Positions 10,101 through 21,000 of a DNA stretch of 64,000 bases are shown here, in pieces. A program made the translations under genes and the position numbers. Under the pieces are notes generated by a model. That model worked only from the letters and a program-made list of their open reading frames with translations. It had not been told where the DNA came from and searched no databases. Every line of letters starts with the position of its first letter. Position 1 is the first letter of the stretch. Origin of the DNA: a virus; the IMG/VR virus record IMGVR_UViG_3300003690_000002, positions 32,001-96,000 of that record; one strand, given 5' to 3'.

Positions 10101-11061
10101 GTTGATGGACCTGCCCTGTCCATATTCTACCAACACTATCATAAAAAGTTGTAGAGAAAGGGTTAACCTTCCCATCGCTAATAACAACCTCAGAAGATAT
10201 TTTTCCATTAATAGCTTTAACATTCTGTGGTCCGCTATTCATAAAGCTTAATTGTAAATCATATAACTCTGCTAAATCTGAAAAGTCTATGAAGGCAAAA
10301 ACAAAATATGACAAATGAGAGGTGCTACTTGATATCGAACTTAATGGTGCGTTTGTCCATTCGAATAATATATGTTGAAACTTATTCCCGTCGTCATCAT
10401 ATTCAATTATGCCTTTAAAAGCATCTGGTTTTTTTTCATCAGGTTCTTCTTCGAGCCTATCTCTCAAAAGAAATCTCTCTTCTTGTAACATACCGATGGG
10501 TCCTGAATACATAATTTCCATATACTCGTCACTACCTATAATCAAACTTCCTGCTAATATTTTTTGTGTGGTTTCAGCAGAAGTACATTGAACTACTCTT
10601 ATTTTTAAAAAATCAAGCAGTCCGTGCCCGTCGCCTAATAATACATTTGAAAGCCATGAAGCTGCAGAGTTTCCATTCATTTTTTCTTTTAAAGATATTT
10701 GAAGCGTTGTTCCTATATCTTCTGTATTATAGAGCGCTGGATTGTCGGAAATAAAAGTTTCCATAGCTTTATTCTCGCCCATGCTTAAAACACCTTTTTT
10801 GTGCAATAGTTTATAAGCTTCGTCTGCAAATTTATTTATAGTTTCATCTGCTGATATTGTAATGCCTTCATTCGCGATGCCCCCCATATTAAAACCCCCC
10901 ACTGTTTTGTTGCGTATATGGGGATTGTTTGCGGACGATTGAGGAGATTTTGCAAATGTAGAAGATTGACTAGTCGTTTCTAATATAATCTTTTTTATAT
11001 TAACATCAGGGGTAAAATCACCTAAAAAACTTTTTTGATTAATAGCAACCATTAATCGCAC
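7168..11061 (-). CDS. large hypothetical virion protein (1297 aa) with Gly-rich C-terminus
   Basis: Uninterrupted 1297-codon ORF in the structural block, ending ...VGGGAGTMGGGGGGGTYG. No family recognised. Confidence 0.5.
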   Translation of the reverse strand: MRLMVAINQKSFLGDFTPDVNIKKIILETTSQSSTFAKSPQSSANNPHIRNKTVGGFNMGGIANEGITISADETINKFADEAYKLLHKKGVLSMGENKAMETFISDNPALYNTEDIGTTLQISLKEKMNGNSAASWLSNVLLGDGHGLLDFLKIRVVQCTSAETTQKILAGSLIIGSDEYMEIMYSGPIGMLQEERFLLRDRLEEEPDEKKPDAFKGIIEYDDDGNKFQHILFEWTNAPLSSISSSTSHLSYFVFAFIDFSDLAELYDLQLSFMNSGPQNVKAINGKISSEVVISDGKVNPFSTTFYDSVGRIWTGQVHQLPSGKWMTSADSTSTPGTEESLIAKKTPNFKIQDMRSLNKIFNKTIKFDQIKTILEKELSNPDVAIRNPSPCHKVLKNNYFTDFFSSKDQNGNCRFFFGIDIYNIMRDHMRYPKFLDINNAVAASIMGQSHIIDIKLFRKKVREEVTENELTQAVNKSGAYSLDKNQIPELIALLNPDVEKTPPEQPLISVDNLSFDMTFSSPTTTDQIIYFQGIDSSAKNGGESNYQYIVELEMQDGSIQWLSEQLMELRDAYSGWKSLIEEAKIPSFRQTTEQLKNTLQSPHIEDWEYSKKIEEESFHDATIKMSGGNYDYKTNTFTQDFIKRAAGVGVNSYAARAMTAVATLHSTMEYVFGVPPGVEGALSPLLNIFWLMAHPKTATIETLLLFENLMAKVLKVLEDQIGDEASTTSTFKRTGKTSSGTMVKSPRRIFKIEKTFPTIFKSNLNVAGSQAGYNYFGSMFQGGGGANHGLASSGLVTYTASQYFKRVTKEVLKYFKNYKVDPSLAAHPENITSLNDSLNNTALTYLSPIAVSLPSFDDPHEIVDVPSGKEAFDPDVYSKLVTKIMIYNSLKKSPQIPIPNFGLSSKSKLTTDQQNIKAPLVAMSADENMMITPVTKIANSFAIIDDFLVTNNQKIGVGEYVGKESKFLQEDFILDEFDDLNLDSQKSKEEDSNPNSLLLTLQKDKIFGTEFSATPLALGNKFQSPAIATIQQFNLNSTNNILTAIKAKLPPSSDTADIEPFSSTVPPNRFLNNFIINLPNQLKSLFLSSTDPESVNYNWFSSGLEEDSKITQRLKLDNMSPQDSPHVNPPPDPMQHASLAGAFYFNYGRIMRVEVLTGFAKTTNGRSLQRPVWVPLNFQEFENNSGNIMVCRLKQYINNLLPPPMSTNSKSLDLPTFNEIFILETVMTGMAGSKSVAFESMMTKITAQIKEFTDLIDGSQIEYSTTAVTVASGQTVGTVGGGAGTMGGGGGGGTYG

Positions 11062-12068
11062 TCCCGAATTTGTTCTGGTGGTACAAGTATGTCAGATATC
11101 CCTGCCAGGGTCTCATCAGGGCAATCAAGGATATCATCAATGAAAACGTCCTCAGCACCACGACCTTTGACAGCAGCGCATAAAAACTCTTCATCAATTT
11201 CTTTGTCTACAAAAACATTAAAATAATATTCAACATAATTAGAATCAACGTCCATAAATTCTCCGCCAGCAAAATCATCTATATCTGAAATATATTCTTT
11301 ATCTCTTGCAAAATACAACGGTAATAATATCTCTTTTGTTGTCGCACTACCTGCTCCTTGATTAGATTCAATTATTTGTGTCTCGACTTTGCAAACTTCA
11401 ATTTCAAAATTATCTTTGTCAAACATAACATTTCTTTCATTAATTTGAAGTAACAAAGAATTTCCCTGGATAAAAACACCTGCCATTTCGGCATAAGCTT
11501 CTGGGCTTGAGACTGGAATTTTATCAACACTTTGCTGCCAAGTGTTTGGACTAAAGTCTAAGAATGCCTCTTTATCAACTGTAATATCATAATAAATTGT
11601 TGAATTCAACTGGGGGGTTCTTAAATTAAAGTTCGATCCAGTTGTAAAATTTGCGGATGAAGATAGATCAGCATCTAAATATTCTATAATCCATTGTGGA
11701 TTATATGGATTTCCAAGCTCTGATGTACCCAGCGGTGATGCTAGTGCATAGTGTTTTTCTGCCGTTGGTTGAATCGTAAATATTTCAGATAACTTTTTTT
11801 CATTTGAAAAATAATGTTCATTAGTTTGATGTACTCGGCTCTCGATTGAAGAAAAAACATATTGAGTTTTTGGGCGTAGAGCTTCTTGGATTCGTGGTTT
11901 TGCTTCATTTTGTTCTTCTATGATACCTGTATGTTGGTTATCGTATATAATATCATCATCAAAGAAGGCATAGTATAGAGGCTTAAGTTTGCCCAGTGAT
12001 AATAAATACTTTCCATGTTGAGTTAGCTGTAAATCTATAACGTCTTCTTTTCTATTAAAAAATCCCAT
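11052..12068 (-). CDS. putative virion structural protein, N-terminus related to 3256-4203
   Basis: VIDLQLTQHGKYLLSLGKLKPLYYAFFDDDIIYD aligns by eye with ILDAVLTDTGRFRLAKG...YAFGDDEIDY. Confidence 0.5.
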   Translation of the reverse strand: MGFFNRKEDVIDLQLTQHGKYLLSLGKLKPLYYAFFDDDIIYDNQHTGIIEEQNEAKPRIQEALRPKTQYVFSSIESRVHQTNEHYFSNEKKLSEIFTIQPTAEKHYALASPLGTSELGNPYNPQWIIEYLDADLSSSANFTTGSNFNLRTPQLNSTIYYDITVDKEAFLDFSPNTWQQSVDKIPVSSPEAYAEMAGVFIQGNSLLLQINERNVMFDKDNFEIEVCKVETQIIESNQGAGSATTKEILLPLYFARDKEYISDIDDFAGGEFMDVDSNYVEYYFNVFVDKEIDEEFLCAAVKGRGAEDVFIDDILDCPDETLAGISDILVPPEQIRECD

Positions 12069-12095
12069 TTATTAATATGTTTCCTATCCCTTGGA

Positions 12096-15000
12096 TCATT
12101 CGTCGTCTTCTTTAATTAGTGTATCTTGAACAGCTTTTTTATCTTCAAGTTGTGACGTTGCGATCTTCGCTGCTTTTGAGCTTGCTATCTGCGCTTCTGT
12201 TGGCGATGTGCTTATTGTAAATGCCTCTTTCGGAACAGTAGATAACGATTCATAAGGACTAACTTGTTCTGTAGTTGATGGAATCGTTACCCTTGCATCT
12301 ATTTTGACTAATTCTACTAACGAAAAATAATCATATGGCCAGTTATAACTATATGGTAATTCACCCTCTATTGTAGAGGTTTTTCCACCCTGTTCAAATT
12401 TAAACTTAAATTTTGCATCATCTTTTGAATCAGATGTTAATTTATAGTAGTTACTTTTTCCTCTTTGCTTAACTTTAAATACCATCCATCTTAACTTACT
12501 TGGCACTCTTCCATCTGTTGATTTATAAAATTCATTTGCCAAAAGTTGGTGATTTACTGTGGCGTGAGCTGTTTTAAATGGGGTTTTTGGATCCATTCCC
12601 ATATCTGGTGGTAAGTTCTGCCACATGTCTGCTAAGTCTTTTTGGGTAAATTTAACTCCAAAATTAAAAAGATACATCGCAATAGGATTTATATCTGGAT
12701 ATGTAAGAAAATCAAACTGGGGAGGGAATACATAATTTTTCATTGAATTGACCATGTGTCGTATAGACACTCCAGGTCTTTTTGCCTCTTCTATATCTTC
12801 AAGTTTGGTTGCACCTACATTAAGTGCTATAGCCTCTTTTATCATAGCTCTATCAAGAGTAAAAAACTTCTTCTCAACGCCTTCTTCAACAAAAGGTATT
12901 GCCACAACAGCTTCCAAAACTGTTTTCATTTCTGCGACTGTACCAAGTTTATATGATTTTTTTGTATCAAATCCGACAAGATCTGCTAAAGATTTATAGT
13001 TCGGGTATACTCCGATATCAGTTGGATCTATAATATCCATAAATACTCCTTTATTGGATCCAGTTGGAATTTGTCCATATTGGTGCCACATTCCTTTGGC
13101 AATCGAAGCAGTGCCATATTGAGGTAAAGTAACAATTGAGCCGCTAAAATCTAATATTGGACATTCCCATTTGGGTTGAATAGCCCATCGTTGGTTATCG
13201 GCAGAAGAAACTGAAGTTATATTTCCATCTGCATCAAATGTGGGGCTTGGCTCATTTGACAATTGGAGAAAATTTAAACACGAATCAGGTTTCATTTCAG
13301 GTGAAGGATCTCCCTTGTGCGCAGCATAGGGCGAGGCAAACGTATTGTGCACATCCGTACCGTTATCCTGAACCCAATAGTGAGACATCCATTTGGTTTC
13401 TTTAATCCGCCATGGGATTATATTGCAATTATTCATAATTTCTGTCAAGGTTAACCTAAGAGGTTTATCGGGCATGCCTTCTATTGGACCGCCGATTGCC
13501 CCTTTTGCTAGCGCGCCGGTTATTGTAAGTGTAAATTTGAGTCTTGATGACCCATTATAATAAGGTGGTGTGTGCGATGAATATGATGCACTAGTAGTCC
13601 CCTGGATGGTTAAGGAATTTGCTGGTCCGATATCGTCGCTGAGCAGCGAACCTACTGCATAAGGTGGTCCGAATGAAGAACCATAACTATCAATACTTGC
13701 TGTTCTTTCATACATTTTTATTGTTGGCGGATTATAAATAAGATTTGATTCGCGTTGTTCGAGATTCTTCAAAGCAACAGATGGTCGCCACGGAGTATAA
13801 TCTGAAAAACCGTCGCCACCGCCGTTGACTATCTCTGAATTTCTAATTGTGCCATGGCTAAGCTCTACATGCATCACATATGTTGCACCAGATACAACAT
13901 TAAAATAGTTTGGATCTTTTTCCGGAGCCGAAAGCGCTGTTGTCAGTTTTCCACCTGCTAAGAAAAAATCTGGGACTGCTGCTAGGAAGTTATGCATTCC
14001 CAATGTATATAATTGATTGTGAGCTGCTTTGATGGAGGCTGTGCTGTCAATATGAGCATGGGGGTGTGGTTCTGCATCAACAATTAAAATTCCGCCATAT
14101 TTACTTGGATCAATTATTGCTTCAAATGGCATTCTATATCGAGGAAGGGTTTTAATTCTCGGTATACCAGCAACAACAACACCGCCCCGATCAGATTCGT
14201 AGCTATCATTTCTTGAACTGCCAGTAGTAACAAAAGAACCAGTATGAACTGGATAATCAACAGACATGCCAGATTTAATACTATTATATAATATCCCAGG
14301 AGCAAAAAATGGCGTAAGTGCAGTTCTAAAACTTTTCTGAGTGCCGCTTAATTCCACCGTTGGACCATATGATTCTGAAAATAAAGTAGCTAATTGAAGC
14401 GTTCTTAAGGCAGGATAAAATCCATCATATGGTAAAAATTTCATGTAAGCCTTGCATTGCAAACCAAGGTAGTGAGGCTCGTCTGAAACGCTAACATGAT
14501 CATCATTTATTTGATCGAAATATTTTAAAAACTCTGTATTACTGTAAGTTGTATAAAAATTAGCCTCGCCGCTACTACTAATAGAAGAGCCTGTCAGCGA
14601 TAAAAATTTTGGATTTTCTGCTCTAAAGTTTCCGCCGTGTTCATTAATATAAAATGGCATATGCTCACTTATTCTAAATTCGGGAATAATTGTATAATCT
14701 TTACCACAGCGTCTCATTTGATCAGCCCATGTATTATAATTTTCTGGGAACGGATCTTTCCCTGCTTGCGCGCCTGCTTCCCAAAGAGTATCATTAGTAA
14801 ATATTTCTGCACGTGCAGATTGAGAGGTATAAACTTCACCAAAAGTTGATGCAATTGGTCTTGCGTAAAGTGCCCCATATGGTTTCGAGGCTGGTGTTGC
14901 CTGCCAATCAGAATCAGAACCAATATTCCCTGAAAAAACTTGATAATTATTTAATAATTCGCCCGCTCCAGTAAACCCACCACTCAAAATATCAGTGGAG

Positions 15001-18000
15001 GCTGTTAAAAACCCAAGTCTTGCATCTAATGGCCATCTGCTTTGTCTAGCAATAGTCAATCCTTGTGAGTTTGTTATACTAGCGGTTACTAAATCTGTTG
15101 CTCTTCCGTTTCCGGGGTTTTCATATGGTAATTCGACTCGTTGAGTACCATGTGTGGTGCCTCTATCTTTTCTCCAGAACGGCGCAACAAACATCTCTCG
15201 ACTTCTAGCTTTATTAAAATAAGTATATTTTTCTTTTGGATAGATTGTTTCTCGATATAATAATTTTCCAAACTTTTTAATTGGATTTGATTCTTTTGGC
15301 AATGTGATAAGATCGGGATCGTATAATGAAAGAAGCTTGTAGTATTTTTGATTTAGATTTGGTGAAGTAATGCCTAGCTTGTTATTTAATTCGCAGTTTA
15401 CAAATTTTACTAAATTATTAGCATAAGTGTGTCTAACTGACAGTGGTTGAAGCTTGCCATTCTCTGTCTCAATTACAAACGTTTGGCTAATTGGCTTAAA
15501 TTTTGATGTACAAACTGATTCTGAATAATGCGTAAAAGTATCACCTCTAATTGCTTTAGATGATGTAAGCACATTAGAGGACTTCCCCTTTCCATCGTGG
15601 GCAGATTTAATAATAAAAGTTTTTGTTTTTGGGGCGTCTTGTATTGATAAGATATTCTTTTTTCTGTGGAGACGTGCGACTGGATGCTCTCCAGTTCTAA
15701 TTTGCTTCCACGATGGATATCCATAGTTGCCTCCACGGTGGTGTAATAAACCGTTTAAACCACACATGCCTTCGTCGTAATTCACGTAATCTAAAGACAA
15801 TGAATAGCGAGGCTTTACCGCATCAGAAATTGATAAATAATAATTAGGTCCGATGGTAGTAGACGGTGAGTAAATGGTATGATTTCCCAGAATGCCGCTT
15901 ATATGACTAGCTGCGAGGCTGCGACCGTCAATTGAAGCTTCTGGCGGGTATCCAAGAGTGTTCTGAGATGCTGATATAGGCTCATGCATGACCAAATTCA
16001 TGCCGACAAAATCAACTTTTATTCTATGGTAATATGCGGCGCCGTATTGTAAGGCATTTGCCGTAAGCAATCGACTGCCCCCTTGACCCACTGCGGCCAC
16101 TTCGCTCTCACTAATGAATGTAATACTAGTCGATGCCCCGCCAGCATTGCTTCGATCAGGCTCTTCATAACCAAAAAATGGTAGATTCCCAGACATCGAA
16201 GCAGTAATCCATGCATATTGTTTGTCACTTCTTGGAATTTGATGTTGAACCCAATAATTATCATGGACCGTGGCAGTTAAATATGCCTCGCCACCGTAGA
16301 AAGGATCGCCAGAAAATATACTAGATCCAGTATGAGATCCAGAAAGCACTATCCGCTTTCTTGAATTTCTATTAGTTTTATAAAATGATGCGCTACTATG
16401 ATAAGTTGTTTCAGAAACGGATCCACTAGTGCCAGGAAAATATGTTTGATCAGCCAAGAAATAACTTGCTGAATTATGTTGGTCACTAAAATATCCAAAT
16501 TGTTTAACATGGTCTGTATATAATAGTCTAAGAGGTTCTCTGACTGTAAAGTTTCTATAATTTAGCATATTTTGTACAGCGTATTCTTCTGATTCAACAT
16601 CAAGATAACCTCTTGACATAACTTCCGGACCGCCAGGGGCAGAAAATCTTTCTACAAAAACAAACTTATTGGTTCCAGATACAGCCCGGTTAGGAAGTGT
16701 AAAATCGAAAACACCAGAAACGGCAGCAGATTCGACAATTTCTAAAGTAAAACCTTCATTTTTCACAAAAGCTCTATTGTTTGTTCTTCTTCCCGATGTA
16801 TGAAGTATCTCATAATCATGCATATAATTTCCAATTTGCGTCTCATATCTTACACCAGTTGAACCACTTGAACCTGTTGTTTGTCGAATATTTCTAATAT
16901 TCACTGGTCTTTTTGCAGTCCCATCTCTATAGAATGATGCTCTTGGAAGAGTAGAATCGAAACTTCCTATTGGATCACCCTCTCTAAAAGCGGGATTAAT
17001 TACGGAGATGTGATGATTAAGACCAATTCTAAATGCTTCGGGTCTATTATCTTTGGCATCCATTGCGCCGGAATTTATATTAATATGTCGATGTTGATTT
17101 CCTCCGACAAACTTTTCGGTAAATGGACCCTGCATTGGCGTTTCGTAGTCTGGTCCATATATGTCAGCGTGGATATTTGTTATATCATACGTAAACATAG
17201 GTCCGGTGGATGCAGTAGAAGGTTGGTAGCCATAATTGGTAAATCTCGATGACAAATAACTTGGCGAAATTGAAGAACTATGAATATTAAACGGATATAA
17301 AAGATCGCCCTTATATTTTTTATTGTCCTTATGTATTGTTGCTCCAAATCTGGCTTTTGTTTGATCATTTTTATACAAATCATAAGCATCAGTACAATCT
17401 TGAAATAATTCTAAATCTTGACCATATAATGGCGCTGCTGAACCCGTAAAAGAGCGACTAACTTGTGTATACAAAACTGGTTTCAATGAAGAGCTTCCAA
17501 ATCCTTGAAGCGTTTTATAAAAGTCCGGTTTCTTATTGTTAGAATAGTTAATACCGCCGTGTAAAACTTGTGTTTTTTTAACAAATAATTTGTATGGTTT
17601 GGAAAACTTTCTTAATGCGTATGAAGATCCTTCATAGTTATCAACATCATAAAAACTGCTCGATAGATTTGGACCACTCCTCGAAACTACAGTTGTAAAA
17701 GTTTTTAATATAGAGTTTTTATCAGCATCAATATTAGAATCTCCAGACGACAAGGAGGCATCACTTCGCTCTGCACGATCTTTCCACCAAAGACAATTAT
17801 TATATTGTGCTTGTTCGTCTGTTCCACCAGTTAAAGTTGCTGGTGATGATGACGCGCCGTTTTCAACCATAACCCCTATAATATCAGTAAACACAATGCC
17901 ATTGCCAGTTATACCTAGTTGAGTCGCGGTTATAGTTATCCGATTGGAAGTTCCTTCTGCGGCGGTAATCCCTGCGATGCCGTTAGTCACATCCCCGGCG

Positions 18001-21000
18001 CCTGATCCATACGCGACAGAATTGGAAGGCGAGGGAGTACCTCCAGCAATAGCAGTAACGAGGCGTGCGAGCAAGGCGGCGCCGGTTCCGGCTGTGCTAA
18101 CTTCTACTTGATTTGCGGTGGAGGACGAAGGTGTTCCAGCTACCAATTTAACTGTTATATCAACGCCAGTTCCGCCAGCAGCAGTGGGGACATTGACTTT
18201 AAATCTATCATTATTATTATTACCGGCTATTGTTAATAAATTAACTACTTCTGCTTTAATATCGCCGCTCGGTATCGGAGCATGCCCAAATTTCCAATTA
18301 TAGCGTGCGTCTTCTCCACCAAGTAAACTCGCTGCATCTGGCTCAGCGGTTTTCATCTCCAAAGTTGGGAATTTAGTCCAATATTTGTTTCTTTCCAAAA
18401 CATGGCTTTCAACAATCGTTCGAAGGTTTGGAGAAAAGTTTGCTGCGGCTGGGATAAGTTGTAATAACATATCTCCAATAGCAGAATCAACCCATTTATA
18501 GTAACTTACATACCTATCGATATCTGGGGTATTATCGATTCTTTCGAAAAATAATTGTCTTAATTTGGATAAATCTTTATATTCTTGACGATATCTGTTG
18601 ATAGGTTCGCCAATCAAATTATTAAAATCTTTAACTGAAGCAAAATATTTAATTACTTCATCAGAAATTGTTTGATACATGCTTTTTTCAAATGCAAAAA
18701 ATAAATTACCGGGTCGATGATCTTTTGTAAAAACTTTATCAATACTTAATTCAATATTGATCATGTCTTTGCTATTAAGTGTTTCTGGCAATTGGCTTTT
18801 TACGGAATGAACATACTCTCTTTCAATGGAACCACTATCGCTAGTGTAAAAGAAATTTCCTTTACCTGTGTGTTTATTTTTAATAATATTACCAAGCCAT
18901 GAATATCGACTTGATAATGTGGCTGAACCTGTGGCGGCATCTGGTACGAGAAATTGACCGTCTGAGTTTGATCCAGAAACGGTTTCGAAATCCCAATGAA
19001 GTGCCAATGTGTCTATTTTTGGAACATATATAGCTGTGGACCCTGTTGAAATGGTGTTTTGAAACAAATACGCATTTTTATAAGGATCTTCTGCTCCAAA
19101 ATTTAAAGCATCATGGGCGTGCAATTTGATGACATCATTCGATAAATAATCCATCCAATATCTTAATGAAGATATTTTAACATCTGTTCTCTGTAAAATT
19201 GTTCCTGTGAAGTTTGTTCTATGTGCACCAATATATAATCTTTTAGGGGTGGTCATAAAATTGATACCATTATCATATGACATGGTTCCAGTAACTAAAA
19301 ATTCTTCAGCAACAGTATCAGCCACTGCATTAACACCATAAAATTCTACAGTATATGTTTTGCTAAAAACAGCATCGCTTCCAGAAATAAAATCCACAAG
19401 AGGATAATTTGTTGGTTTGACACGAACTGCAAAATTCCATTTTTTATTAGTATACACACCTCTAAACACACTACTGGTAAGATCGGGAATAAAACCGCCT
19501 ATCGATCCAGTTAATCTAAAATAAGCATCCTCGCCGCTATATTGTTCAGTGGCACTATATGACCCTTGCGTAGCTTTTCTTACGGCATATACTTGAAAAT
19601 TTGCATAATCAGGCGCTACTACAGTTAGCCGCCCTGATGCTGTGTGTGCGGTGTGCATTCCAAATAGTGATGATGTATAATGTGGGTAATCAACATACAA
19701 ATCGCTGGCAGGTTCAAACTTTTTAGGAAACATAACTTCTGCTTCAACTGTTGCTGGGAAACCGGCTTCTTTTTTATTACCCCTGGAGGCAGAAATAAAT
19801 GCAACAGAACTAGGACTTTTACTAGAAGTTTGTTGATATACAGTTGCTTCGTATTTTAAATAAGTGCCCGGTGTAGATGCATTAAAATCTACATAATTTT
19901 TTCGTGCTAGAGTTGTTCTATAATTATCTTTAAGTTCATATGTGGCATTCTCACCATAAAGATTTAATTTAACAACATTCTCGTCGATTCCAAAACAATG
20001 TAATAAATTTCGAAACGCAGTCTCCGTTCCTTTTGATTTATAAATATGCGTTAAATTATTATAAATATTTTGATAAATTAAATTTTTAGTATCATGTAGT
20101 TTTTGTTCAAAAGCTTCAGTCTCACTGCGGGAACCAATATTCTCCAAAGTTTCTGCATCTGCAAACAAATCAGGCGTAATAAACCCTTTCGATTCCAAAA
20201 GTCGATGTGAAAAGGGAAGCGGTTTACGACTTCCTGTAGATGGATATGAAGTGTTTTTTAACTCTGTTAAGGATTCAATTTGTAAAAATAATGTGTCAAA
20301 GTAACTTGATAGAATCTGCGTTAATTGTAATAAAGTTCCGTCATCTTCTTCCGTTATCCATTGCGGAATCATATTATATAATCCTGCATTGTTTTCACGG
20401 TCGTAAAGCTCACCTATTTTCTTTTTTTCTACTAATAAATTATTAACTTCTGGATGTATTGAATATATAATTGGGTCTTTATATTCTTGAGTGGCAGCAT
20501 CAGCTTCAACAATTGCAGATGCTGTGTTCCTAGATCCAAGTACGTATCCAGTCCATGTTCCATTGGAAACTCTTCCAGAGTAATCTAAAACTGTCTTATC
20601 TTCTGTTTGTACACTAGAAGTATTGTTAATGCCTTCATTAAATTTATAATATATACCTAAATTAATATTTGCATCGATTGTATTTGTTCCACCTTGAACT
20701 TGCGTAAACCAATGCCTGCCGATATCCCTAGAAGTTCTTGGATTTTTCCAAAATCTAAATTCATCAATTGATGCAGATAGTTTACCCCATCCACGCGCTG
20801 GTGCATCTGCTGAATATCGGCGTTCTCCATCAGATGAGGCTGATGGCGAGGCAACAAGAGATCCGATTGTTGATACTATCGCTCCGCTAACATAGTTAAC
20901 ATTTGTTGAATCAGCAGTTATTTTATGATCATACTGTCCATCAATATATAATTTACAACTTACGTCACTTCCTGTGTTATGAAATACAAAAGCATAATGA

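Noticed and set aside
17812-18270. Possible intein in the 3233-aa protein (insert ends ...YNN|C)
   Set aside because: No intein block A (C/S-x-x-x-x-T-x-V), no block B TxxH and no penultimate His. The NC appears to belong to the host NCLWW motif.
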